Source: Longivirga aurantiaca (GTDB taxonomy: Bacteria; Actinomycetota; Actinomycetes; S36-B12; CAIYMF01). From it: a stretch of DNA of 9,528 nt. The notes below the pieces were generated by a model, which worked only from the letters and a program-made list of their open reading frames with translations, was not told the origin of the DNA and searched no databases. Each line of letters begins with the position of its first letter. The stretch's first letter is position 1. The stretch is from contig NZ_JBHSTI010000025.1 in assembly GCF_042660085.1 (NCBI RefSeq), positions 1 through 9,528 of the forward strand. The letters run 5' to 3'. The position numbers and the translations under genes are program-made. Below, piece after piece: positions 1 through 6,783 of this stretch.

Positions 1-1015
1 GCCGGTAGTAGTTCCACAGCTGCTCGCCGAACGCTGCGGAGCGACTGCTGCTCGTGCCGCCCTGCCCGGCGACCAGCTCCTCGCGCTTGGCCATGAATCC
101 GGCGTCCCGGTGGCGCGGGCTCGCGGCCACGGCGTCGGCGAACCGCGGGTCGAGGTCGAGCGGCTCGAGGCTCGCGCGCAGGTCCGGCCCGTGGAAGTAC
201 GCCGACGAGTAGCGCTGAGCCGGCGAGATCACGCGGTGGGTCGTCGCGACGAGGTAGTTGCCCGTCATCGACTGCAGCGTCTCGCCCAGGTTGATGACGA
301 GCGCGCCGTCGACCGGCGGGACGTCGATCCATTCCCCGCCCGGGTTGAGGGCCTGCAGCCCGCCGACGCCGTGCTGCAGCAAGAGCGTGAGGAAGCCCGA
401 GTCGTGGTGCGAGTTGACGCCGGCGCCACCGTCCGGGGTCGGGGGGTAGGAGATGAGCTTGGCGAGGGAGTGCCGCCTCTCGCCGAACGCCTTCGCGAAC
501 GTGTCCTCGGGCACGCCCAGCCCGAGCGCGAGCGCGGCCATCAGCTCGTCGGCGATGCGCGCGGCGCGGGCGAGGAACTCCTGCACCGTCTCGTGGAAGC
601 CGGGCAGCACGTGCTCGGGCAGCCATTGGTTGGGGCCGTCGAGCCGCAGGTACGCCGGCAGCGCGTCCTCGGCGTACGGCTCGTTCTCGGTCGACAGGTC
701 GAGCTGCTCGCGCCAGTCGACCTTGTTGTCCGTGAGCTCGGATCCGGTGCGCTCCCAGCCCCGGAAGTGCCGCGACCGCTTCTTCTCGATGAGGGCCTTG
801 GTGTCGGTGGGCAGGGCGAAGAACGCCTGCAGCGCCTCGAAGTACCGCGCGACGAAGTCGAGGTCGAGCTCGTGGTCGACGAGCGTCAGGAAGCCCACCT
901 CGTGCCCTGTGGTCACGAGGTCGTGGGCGAACGCCCGGCGCTCCTCGGGGGTGCCGTGCCAGCGGGTGTGCGACAGCACGGGGATCTCGGTGAACGCGGT
1001 CCTCTGGTCGGTCAT
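1..1015 (-). CDS. 2-oxoglutarate/Fe(II)-dependent oxygenase, isopenicillin-N-synthase-like family (3' end runs off the window)
   Basis: Absent from the ORF track because no stop lies inside the window. The reverse complement from ATG (complement of 1013-1015) reads MTDQRTAFTEIPVLSHTRWHGTPEERRAFAHDLVTTGHEVGFLTLVDH...SLAKLISYPPTPDGGAGVNSHHDSGFLTLLLQHG...GNYLVATTHRVISPAQRYSSAYFHGP...GEQLWNYYR. I checked the first ~120 + strand triplets (positions 2-361, the 3' end of the gene) for stops and found none; for 362-1015 I only saw that the by-eye translation stayed open. It has the HxD...H iron triad (HHD, THRV) and the RxS 2OG-binding motif (RYS). A GGGGGAGG Shine-Dalgarno lies just upstream on the minus strand (complement of about 1025-1032). 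The + strand ORFs 110..1108 and 453..1319 are its shadow frames. Confidence 0.85.
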   Translation of the reverse strand, partial: MTDQRTAFTEIPVLSHTRWHGTPEERRAFAHDLVTTGHEVGFLTLVDHELDLDFVARYFEALQAFFALPTDTKALIEKKRSRHFRGWERTGSELTDNKVDWREQLDLSTENEPYAEDALPAYLRLDGPNQWLPEHVLPGFHETVQEFLARAARIADELMAALALGLGVPEDTFAKAFGERRHSLAKLISYPPTPDGGAGVNSHHDSGFLTLLLQHGVGGLQALNPGGEWIDVPPVDGALVINLGETLQSMTGNYLVATTHRVISPAQRYSSAYFHGPDLRASLEPLDLDPRFADAVAASPRHRDAGFMAKREELVAGQGGTSSSRSAAFGEQLWNYYR

Positions 1016-1201
1016 GACCCCAGCCTCCCCCACAACCGGAGGCACCTCTTCGCCGGCCAAGGCCCCACGGTCCGACCTGCCGGGCGCAGCACGCCGTTCG
1101 GGTTGTGAATCGCGGCATCTCCGGGCTGTTCTGTTCAGTTTCGGGGCATCCAGGGACGACAATGGATGCAGGACGAAGCTCCGTGGTGGGAGGGCCGTTC
1201 G

Positions 1202-1468
1202 ATGTATGACGCGACCGACGACATGGTCCAGCAGACGCTGCTCGGCTCCGACGAGCTGCGCCATCCCGATGCGCGGCGCGACGGCGGTCAGGGGCCGCTC
1301 GACGACCGTGCGACGGTGACCCGCCTCCGGGCCACCGCGCCGAACCGGCGCCACTTCTGCCTCCAGGCCGGCCTCGAGCCGGGACCGGTGGCGTACGCCC
1401 GGGTCAACGCCGCGCTGCAGCGGTTCGGGCTGCCGCTGTACCCGGCCGGGGCCCGGCACGCAGCCTGA
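1202..1468 (+). CDS. hypothetical small protein (88 aa), no family recognised
   Basis: Same frame as ORF 1166..1468. I prefer ATG 1202 because GGGAGGG (1188-1194) sits 7 nt upstream. By my count about 81 of 88 third-codon positions are G/C, matching the confirmed genes. The overlapping antisense ORF 1288..1557 does not look like a protein. I recognise no motif in MYDATDDMVQQTLLGSDELRHPDARRDGG...RVNAALQRFGLPLYPAG. Confidence 0.45.
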   Translation: MYDATDDMVQQTLLGSDELRHPDARRDGGQGPLDDRATVTRLRATAPNRRHFCLQAGLEPGPVAYARVNAALQRFGLPLYPAGARHAA

Positions 1469-1541
1469 GCGGGCACCTCGGCCATGAGTGCGCTCGGTGA
1501 TCCTGCGTGCGCGGAACGCGTTGCGCTGCAGGGGTTTCGAC

Positions 1542-1573
1542 CGCGTGGAGTGTCCACCTGGGCACTCCGCGTG
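1542..1573 (+). promoter_or_regulatory. stem-loop in the intergenic region/leader between the small ORF and the beta-propeller gene
   Basis: CGCGTGGAGTG (1542-1552) pairs with CACTCCGCGTG (1563-1573): 11 bp including two G-T/G-U pairs, with a 10-nt loop TCCACCTGGG. No T-tract follows. Its function (terminator of the small ORF, or leader structure) is unknown. Confidence 0.3.
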
Positions 1574-1713
1574 CCCGCGCGGCACCGATGTTGCGCAACG
1601 TGGCCGGTTGGCGCGTGTTCGTCGCGCTACGGCGAGCCCATCGTCCTAACCTCGGACTGGCGCGGGTATGGCCGCGCGCCCGGTCGTCACGACCGGCCGT
1701 CCCGAGGAGTGCC

Positions 1714-2580
1714 ATGTCTAGGACGTCGGTACGTCGCACAGTCCGAGTCGGCGCGACCGCGGTCGCCGCGGCGCTGGGGATGCTCATCGCCACCGCACCG
1801 CCCTCGGTCGCCCAGAACCCCGGCGCCAACGGTGCGATCACGTCGGTCGACGAGTGCGTGCTCTCCGGGCCCACGGGGCATCCGTACCCCGGCGAGGTCG
1901 AGGGCCTCGGCTGCTACATCAGCGGCTCCTGGTCGCCCGACGGCCGGTTCGTCGCCATCGTCACCGACATCGGCACCGCGCCGGGCGTGGGCGAGCTCTG
2001 GATCTGGGACGACGTCGCCGACACGCTGCGTGCCCTCGGCACCGTGGACGTCGACAGCAAGACGTCGTTCAGCCCCGGGGGCACGAAGCTCGCGGTCGGC
2101 CGCGGCGGCGACATCCTGATCCTCGACGTCGCGACCGGCGCGACCGTCCGCAACCTCACGCGCACGCCGTCCACGACCGAGTCGAACCCGACCTGGAACC
2201 GGCGCAACCTCGCGATCGCCTACACCGCGCCGGATGGCGTGCGCTCGGTCAAGCCGTGGGGTGGCTGGTCGAGGCTCGTGGCCGCCGGTGCCGTGTACGC
2301 CGACTTCGCCCCCGACGGCTGGCACATCGGCTTCACCCGCGACGGCGTCGTCTACCGCGCCAAGCGCGACGGCCGCTTCGCGACACCGATCTTCACGATG
2401 CCCGAGGGCGTGCGGCCGGAGTTCGCCTGGTCACCGGACGGGTGCTACCTGCTCTCGGCCGACGGCGACGGCGGCCTGCAGATCACCACCCGCTACGGGC
2501 AGCTGGTGCAGACCGGGATCGGCGGCAGCGGCTCCAAGTCGCCCGCGTGGCAGCCGCTGCCGATCGCACGGGTGGGCTGA
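1714..2580 (+). CDS. secreted PD40/TolB-like beta-propeller repeat protein (288 aa)
   Basis: Internal start of ORF 1507..2580. ATG 1714 is preceded by GAGGAG (1704-1709) and opens a signal peptide, MSRTSVRRTVRVGATAVAAALGMLIATAPPSVA/QN. The in-frame region upstream (1588-1713) has clearly lower GC3. PD40-type blades recur: SWSPDGRFVAIV, SFSPGGTKLAVG, NPTWNRRNLAIAYT, ADFAPDGWHIGFT, FAWSPDGCYLLSA. Confidence 0.8.
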   Translation: MSRTSVRRTVRVGATAVAAALGMLIATAPPSVAQNPGANGAITSVDECVLSGPTGHPYPGEVEGLGCYISGSWSPDGRFVAIVTDIGTAPGVGELWIWDDVADTLRALGTVDVDSKTSFSPGGTKLAVGRGGDILILDVATGATVRNLTRTPSTTESNPTWNRRNLAIAYTAPDGVRSVKPWGGWSRLVAAGAVYADFAPDGWHIGFTRDGVVYRAKRDGRFATPIFTMPEGVRPEFAWSPDGCYLLSADGDGGLQITTRYGQLVQTGIGGSGSKSPAWQPLPIARVG

Positions 2581-2585
2581 TCCGC

Positions 2586-2900
2586 TCAGTCGGCGCGCCT
2601 GAACGTGCGGGCGTAGGAGACCGTGCCCACCTGGATCGAGTACTCGGCGTAGAAGTCGGCGATGCCCTGCCGCTGCGCGTCGCGGTGCTCGGGATGGTCG
2701 CGCCACGCGCGCTCGCTGACGAGGTCGGCGAACGTCACGATCGTGACGCGCTCGCCGTCGTCGGCCGTGAAGGTCTTGGCGTCGAGGAAGCCGGGCATGG
2801 CCTCGGCGAGTTCGGTCATGCGCGCGCTCGTGACGGAGTAGGCGTCGCGGTGCTCGGGGCGCAGGCGGTTGCGGAAGATCGTGACGATCTGCTCGGACAT
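2586..2900 (-). CDS. antibiotic-biosynthesis-monooxygenase (ABM) domain protein, dimeric alpha/beta barrel (104 aa)
   Basis: ORF 2586..2900. The sequence MSEQIVTIFRNRLRPEHRDAY...MPGFLDAKTFTADDGERVTIVTFADLVSERAWRDHPEHRDAQRQG has the size and beta-alpha-beta pattern typical of ABM domains. I see no clear SD. Confidence 0.8.
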   Translation of the reverse strand: MSEQIVTIFRNRLRPEHRDAYSVTSARMTELAEAMPGFLDAKTFTADDGERVTIVTFADLVSERAWRDHPEHRDAQRQGIADFYAEYSIQVGTVSYARTFRRAD

Positions 2901-2952
2901 GGCGCGACGCTACAAGTGCACGTCCTGCGCGTCGTCGGGATTCGTACGACGG

Positions 2953-3384
2953 CTACCCGCGCCGCCAGCTGCGACGGCGCAGGGCCGCGATCGCGAGGCC
3001 GCCCATGCCGAGCGCGATCCCCCCGAACACCGCCTGCAGCGCGCTCGGCCCGACGAACGGGATCTGCACCGTCACCTCGACGAGCATCAGCCCGCTCGCT
3101 GCGAGCACCACCTCGGGCGTGCGCGGGTGACGGCGTACCGCGGCGACGAGCGCGACGGTCGACGGCAGCGCGACCGAGCAGAACAGCCACACCGCAGGCA
3201 GCCTCCAGCTCTCGAGGCCGAGGGGCTCGAGGTCGGACACGGGCGGTGCATAGGTGCCGGTCCACAGCTGCCACGTGCCGGAGAGGCCGCCGACCGCCAC
3301 CACCGCCTCGACCGGGATGAAGATCCGGCGGAACTCGTGCGGGCGGACGTCGGTGGGCGCGGGACGGTCGAGCGCGGTCGTCAT
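2953..3384 (-). CDS. hypothetical integral membrane protein (143 aa, about 4 TM segments)
   Basis: ORF 2953..3384. Hydrophobic segments are IFIPVEAVVAVGGLSG, LPAVWLFCSVALPSTVALVAAV, VVLAASGLMLVEVTV and LQAVFGGIALGMGGLAIAAL, with a basic C-terminus RRRSWRRG. GAGGTG lies 4-5 nt upstream of the ATG on the minus strand. It sits 52 bp upstream of, and in the same orientation as, the ABM gene. Confidence 0.65.
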   Translation of the reverse strand: MTTALDRPAPTDVRPHEFRRIFIPVEAVVAVGGLSGTWQLWTGTYAPPVSDLEPLGLESWRLPAVWLFCSVALPSTVALVAAVRRHPRTPEVVLAASGLMLVEVTVQIPFVGPSALQAVFGGIALGMGGLAIAALRRRSWRRG

Positions 3385-3561
3385 GGGTCACCTCGATGGG
3401 CGCCCTCGACCGCCGAGGCCCGTGCCAGCGGCGTGGCCGTCGGGCGTCCCTCTCAGCCTAGGAGCGTCGCCGTGCGGTGGCGCTGTTCCTCTGCTCACAG
3501 CATCGGTCAGTAGGGTCGGTCCGACGCCCGGCCGCAGGTCGGATCTGCGCGAGGGGACACC

Positions 3562-4284
3562 ATGAGCACCGACCAGCCGTTCGAGCCGGCTCCTCCGACC
3601 CCGCCCGCCGCCCCGGTGGCCGGCTGGTACCCCGATCCTGCCGACGCCGCGATGCAGCGCTACTGGGACGGCACCGCCTGGACGGCCACCACGCATCCGC
3701 TCGTGACCGCGCCGCCGGCCTGGCAGGCCACGGCCACCCCTGCGACGGCCCCGCTCTACGGCACGTCCGGGTACGCGGCTCCGTCGTACCCCGCCCAGGG
3801 CTACGGCGCCCAGGGCTATGCCGCTCCGCCCGGGTACGGCGTGCAGCCGCGCAAGGTCGGCTTCGGCGACGCCGTGCGCCGCGCGTTCGCCGGTTGGAAG
3901 GACTACTCGGGCCGCGCGACGGTGGCGGAGTACTGGTGGTTCTACCTCTTCCAGACGATCGTCGTCCTCGTGCCGTACGTGATCCTGCTGGTGCTGATCG
4001 CCGTCGCGTTCCCGTCGTCGTCGACCGGCTCGAACTCCTCGACCGCGGACCCGAACGGCGCGCTCGTCGCGGCGGTCGTGATCTTCACGATCCTGTTCGT
4101 GGTGCTCGCGATCGTGCTGTTCCTCGTGAACCTGCCGCTGACGATCCGGCGGCTCCACGACACCGACCGCGAGGGCTGGTGGTATCTCATCGCGTTCGTG
4201 CCGTTCGGCAGCATCGTGCTGCTGGTGTTCACGGTCATGGCGGGCACGCCCGGGCCCAACCGCTACGGCCCCGTCCCTACCTGA
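3562..4284 (+). CDS. DUF2510 (N-terminal) / DUF805 (C-terminal) fusion membrane protein (240 aa)
   Basis: ORF 3562..4284, with GAGGGGA 5 nt upstream. The N-terminus carries the DUF2510 signature GWYPDPADAAMQRYWDGTAWT. A Tyr/Gly/Ala/Pro/Gln-rich linker follows. The C-terminus has DUF805 hallmarks: AFAGWKDYSGRATVAEYWWFYLF, TM helices and RRLHDTDREGWWYLI. Confidence 0.85.
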   Translation: MSTDQPFEPAPPTPPAAPVAGWYPDPADAAMQRYWDGTAWTATTHPLVTAPPAWQATATPATAPLYGTSGYAAPSYPAQGYGAQGYAAPPGYGVQPRKVGFGDAVRRAFAGWKDYSGRATVAEYWWFYLFQTIVVLVPYVILLVLIAVAFPSSSTGSNSSTADPNGALVAAVVIFTILFVVLAIVLFLVNLPLTIRRLHDTDREGWWYLIAFVPFGSIVLLVFTVMAGTPGPNRYGPVPT

Positions 4285-4295
4285 CGCGCCCGGTC

Positions 4296-5141
4296 CTAGC
4301 GGTCGAGGCCGCGGGTCATGAGACGGTCGCCGAGCGCGAGCACCCTGCCGTAGTGCCCGGGCGAGAGCCGCGCCAGCGCGTCGAGGGCGTAGGTCTCGCG
4401 GCCGATGAGCACCCGAGGTTTGCGGCGCTCGATGCCGTCGACGATCGCGCGCGCGGCGACCGCGGGATCGAGCGAGAGCATGCGGTCCCAGACCGCCTTG
4501 TGCGCCGCGTGCTCCTCCTGGTCGACACCGGCACCCACGCGCGCGCTGTTGGCGATCTCGGTGCGGATGCCGCCGGGGTGCACGGTCGTCACGCCCACCT
4601 CGTGCTCTGCGAGCTCGAGCCGCAGGCTGTCGCCGAAGCCGCGGACGGCGAACTTGCTGGCCGAGTACGCCGTCTGGCCCGCCGGGCCGATGAGACCGAA
4701 CAGGCTCGACACGTTGCACACGTGCGCGCCGCGGGTGGCGGTGAGGCGCGGCAGCAGCGTGTGCGTCATGACGACGACGGCGCGGAAGTTGACCGACATG
4801 AGCCAGTCGAAGTCGTCGAGGCTGATCTGGCTGAGCCGGCCACCGAGCGCGACGCCGGCGTTGTTGACGAGCAGGTGGATGTTGGGGTGCGCATCGCGGA
4901 TCGCGGTCGCGGCGGCGAGGGCGGCGTCGCCGTCGGCGAGGTCGACGGTGTACGCCGTGACCGCGCGGTCGGGCCGCCGCACGCGCAGATCGGCGGCGAC
5001 GTCCTCGAGCGCCTCGGCATTGTTGTCGAGCAGCACGAGGTTGCTGCCGCGCGCGGCGAGCTCGTGCGCGGTGGCGCGACCGATGCCGCCTGCGGCACCC
5101 GTGAGCACCGCCGTACCGCCGTCCACGACGTACCGCTTCAT
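4296..5141 (-). CDS. classical short-chain dehydrogenase/reductase (SDR), 281 aa
   Basis: Internal start of ORF 4296..5258 at ATG (complement of 5139-5141), preceded by GAGGAGAG on the minus strand. Motifs: TGAAGGIGRA (TGxxxGxG), LVNNAGV (NNAG) and YSASKFAVRGF (YxxxK). It lies 49 bp downstream of the BVMO stop on the same strand. Confidence 0.9.
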   Translation of the reverse strand: MKRYVVDGGTAVLTGAAGGIGRATAHELAARGSNLVLLDNNAEALEDVAADLRVRRPDRAVTAYTVDLADGDAALAAATAIRDAHPNIHLLVNNAGVALGGRLSQISLDDFDWLMSVNFRAVVVMTHTLLPRLTATRGAHVCNVSSLFGLIGPAGQTAYSASKFAVRGFGDSLRLELAEHEVGVTTVHPGGIRTEIANSARVGAGVDQEEHAAHKAVWDRMLSLDPAVAARAIVDGIERRKPRVLIGRETYALDALARLSPGHYGRVLALGDRLMTRGLDR

Positions 5142-5190
5142 GCATCTCTCCTCGTGTCCGGGCAGCGTGGGTGTGCGATGAAGGCCACCA

Positions 5191-6648
5191 TCATCGCGAA
5201 CGCCGGGTGAAGCGGACGCCCTCGTCGTCGAGGGGGCCGCGGGTGAGCAGCGCGACATCCTTGCGGTAGTTCTGGTTCAGCTTCCACGGTGGTCGGATCC
5301 CTTGCGCGGGTAGCGATCCCGCCGCGCGCTGCACGTAGCCCGCGCTGAGGTCCAGCAGCGGCAGGCGCTCGGGCTCGGGCGGCTCGACGGGCGTGACGGC
5401 GTCGTACCCGTGCTCCTGCATGTGGTCGAGCAGGCGTACGACGTACCTGCTGACGAGGTCGCACTTGAGGGTCCACGACGCGTTCGTGTAGCCGATCGCG
5501 AACGCGAAGCTCGGCACCCCGGTCAGCATCATCCCCTTGTAGGCCACGGTCTTCGTGGGGTCGACGTCGACGCCGTCCACGCTCAGCGTCATCCCGCCGA
5601 CGAGCAGCAGCTCGAGGCCGGTCGCCGTGACGACGACGTCGGCAGCGAGCTCCTCCCCCGACTCGAGCAGCAGCCCGCCGGGCGTGAACCGCACGATCCG
5701 GTCGGTGACGACGGACGCCGACCCGTTGCTGATCGCGGTGAACAGGTCGCCGTCGGGCACGACGCAGAGGCGCTGGTCCCACGGCCCGTACGACGGCCCG
5801 AAGTGCGTCTCGACGTCGTACCCCTCGGGCAGCTGCTTGGCCACGCCGTCCATGAGGATGCGGCGCATCGCGTGCGGGAAGCGCTGCGACAGGCGATAGC
5901 TGAGGGCCGAGGTCGCGATGTTCTTCGCGCGCACCACGCGGTACGCGGCGTCTGCGGGGAGCCGCTCGCGGACGGCGGCTGCGATCGGGTCGACCGACGG
6001 CAGGGCGGCGACGTACGTCGGCGAGCGCTGCAGCATCGTGACGTGCGCGGCGGTCTGCGCGATCGCGGGGACGAGCGTCATCGCCGTCGCGCCACTACCG
6101 ATCACGACGACGCGCTTGCCGGCCAGGTCGAGGTCGGCGGGCCAGTGCTGCGGGTGCACGACGGTGCCCGTGTAGTCGGCGCGACCCTCGAACTCCGGCT
6201 CGTATCCGTGGTCGTAGCGGTAGTAGCCCGTGCAGGAGTAGAGGAATCCGCAGGTGAGCTCGACGCGCTCACCAGTGTCGGTGCGTTCGGCGGTGACGGT
6301 CCAGCGCGCGTCTTCGCTCGACCATGACGCGCTCGTGACGCGGTGGTGCAGCCGCACGTGCTGGTCGACGCCCATCTCCCGGGCCGTGTCCTCGACGTAC
6401 TCGAGGATCGACGGCCCGTCGGCAAGCGCCTGGCCCGCGGTCCACGGACGGAACGGGTAGCCGAGGGTGTGCATGTCGGAGTCGGAGCGGACACCGGGGT
6501 AGCGGAAGAGGTCCCACGTGCCGCCGATGGTGTCGCGCGCCTCAAGGACGGTGAACGTCGTGCCCGGCCGGTCCAGCAGCAGGCGCGCCCCCGCCCCGAC
6601 GCCGGACAGCCCGGCGCCCACGACGATCACGTCGTAGTGCTCGGTCAC
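5191..6648 (-). CDS. FAD/NADPH-dependent Baeyer-Villiger (flavin-containing) monooxygenase, EthA-like (485 aa)
   Basis: ORF 5191..6708 trimmed to GTG (complement of 6646-6648), with GAGGAG 5 nt upstream. This gives VTEHYDVIVVGAGLSGVGAG (FAD GxGxxG). Other motifs: GGTWDLFRYPGVRSDSD, the BVMO fingerprint YTGTVVHPQHWP ([F/Y]xGxxxHxxxW[P/D]), and a second Rossmann motif GKRVVVIGSGATAMT. From memory, the layout and several blocks resemble M. tuberculosis EthA. Confidence 0.9.
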   Translation of the reverse strand: MTEHYDVIVVGAGLSGVGAGARLLLDRPGTTFTVLEARDTIGGTWDLFRYPGVRSDSDMHTLGYPFRPWTAGQALADGPSILEYVEDTAREMGVDQHVRLHHRVTSASWSSEDARWTVTAERTDTGERVELTCGFLYSCTGYYRYDHGYEPEFEGRADYTGTVVHPQHWPADLDLAGKRVVVIGSGATAMTLVPAIAQTAAHVTMLQRSPTYVAALPSVDPIAAAVRERLPADAAYRVVRAKNIATSALSYRLSQRFPHAMRRILMDGVAKQLPEGYDVETHFGPSYGPWDQRLCVVPDGDLFTAISNGSASVVTDRIVRFTPGGLLLESGEELAADVVVTATGLELLLVGGMTLSVDGVDVDPTKTVAYKGMMLTGVPSFAFAIGYTNASWTLKCDLVSRYVVRLLDHMQEHGYDAVTPVEPPEPERLPLLDLSAGYVQRAAGSLPAQGIRPPWKLNQNYRKDVALLTRGPLDDEGVRFTRRSR

Positions 6649-6723
6649 GGCTGCTCCTCGGTGGCTGTCCGCGACGCTACCCCGCCGGCCCCCTGCGCTC
6701 ACCCCCACCGCTCACACAGATCG

Positions 6724-6756
6724 ATCCGTCGCTTCCGGCGGCGGGAAGCGACGGAT
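6724..6756 (-). terminator. probable intrinsic terminator of the lipoprotein gene
   Basis: ATCCGTCGCTTCC (6724-6736) and GGAAGCGACGGAT (6744-6756) form a perfect 13-bp stem with a 7-nt loop GGCGGCG. It lies 27 nt downstream of the lipoprotein stop on the minus strand. That strand continues CGATCTGTGTGAG, only a weak T-tract. Confidence 0.5.
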
Positions 6757-6783
6757 TGACCAGGGCGCCGGGAGGGGTGCGGG

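Noticed and set aside
1507-1713. N-terminally extended versions of real genes, as listed in the ORF track (starts at 1507, 5258, 6708, 7728 and 7451).
   Set aside because: For four of the five, an internal start has an SD and yields a canonical N-terminus: a signal peptide at 1714, the TGxxxGxG Rossmann motif right after 5141, the GxGxxG motif after GTG 6648, and a lipobox after 7662. The fifth, 7832, gives a TM helix but has only a weak SD. The extensions are Arg/Pro-rich; I measured reduced GC3 only for the 1588-1713 extension. Some of them overlap neighbouring genes.
2733-2748. A perfect 16-bp palindrome, CGTCACGATCGTGACG, sharing a GATCGTG core with the DinB-flanking repeat.
   Set aside because: It lies inside the ABM coding sequence and encodes the palindromic peptide VTIVT with the preferred codons. 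One palindrome of this length in 9.5 kb of biased sequence is not clearly beyond chance, and the similarity to the repeat is limited to 7 nt.
3388-5210. Very long ORFs: 3388..5145 (-, 585 aa) and 3477..5210 (+, 577 aa). Similar cases are 1854..3320 (+, 488 aa), 7705..9066 (+, 453 aa), 6677..7690 (-, 337 aa) and 110..1108 (+, 332 aa).
   Set aside because: Their translations are dominated by Arg, Pro, Gly, Ala and Asp runs with no motifs. They also overlap, in other frames or on the other strand, genes with clear family signatures. They are the usual stop-poor shadow frames of high-GC DNA.
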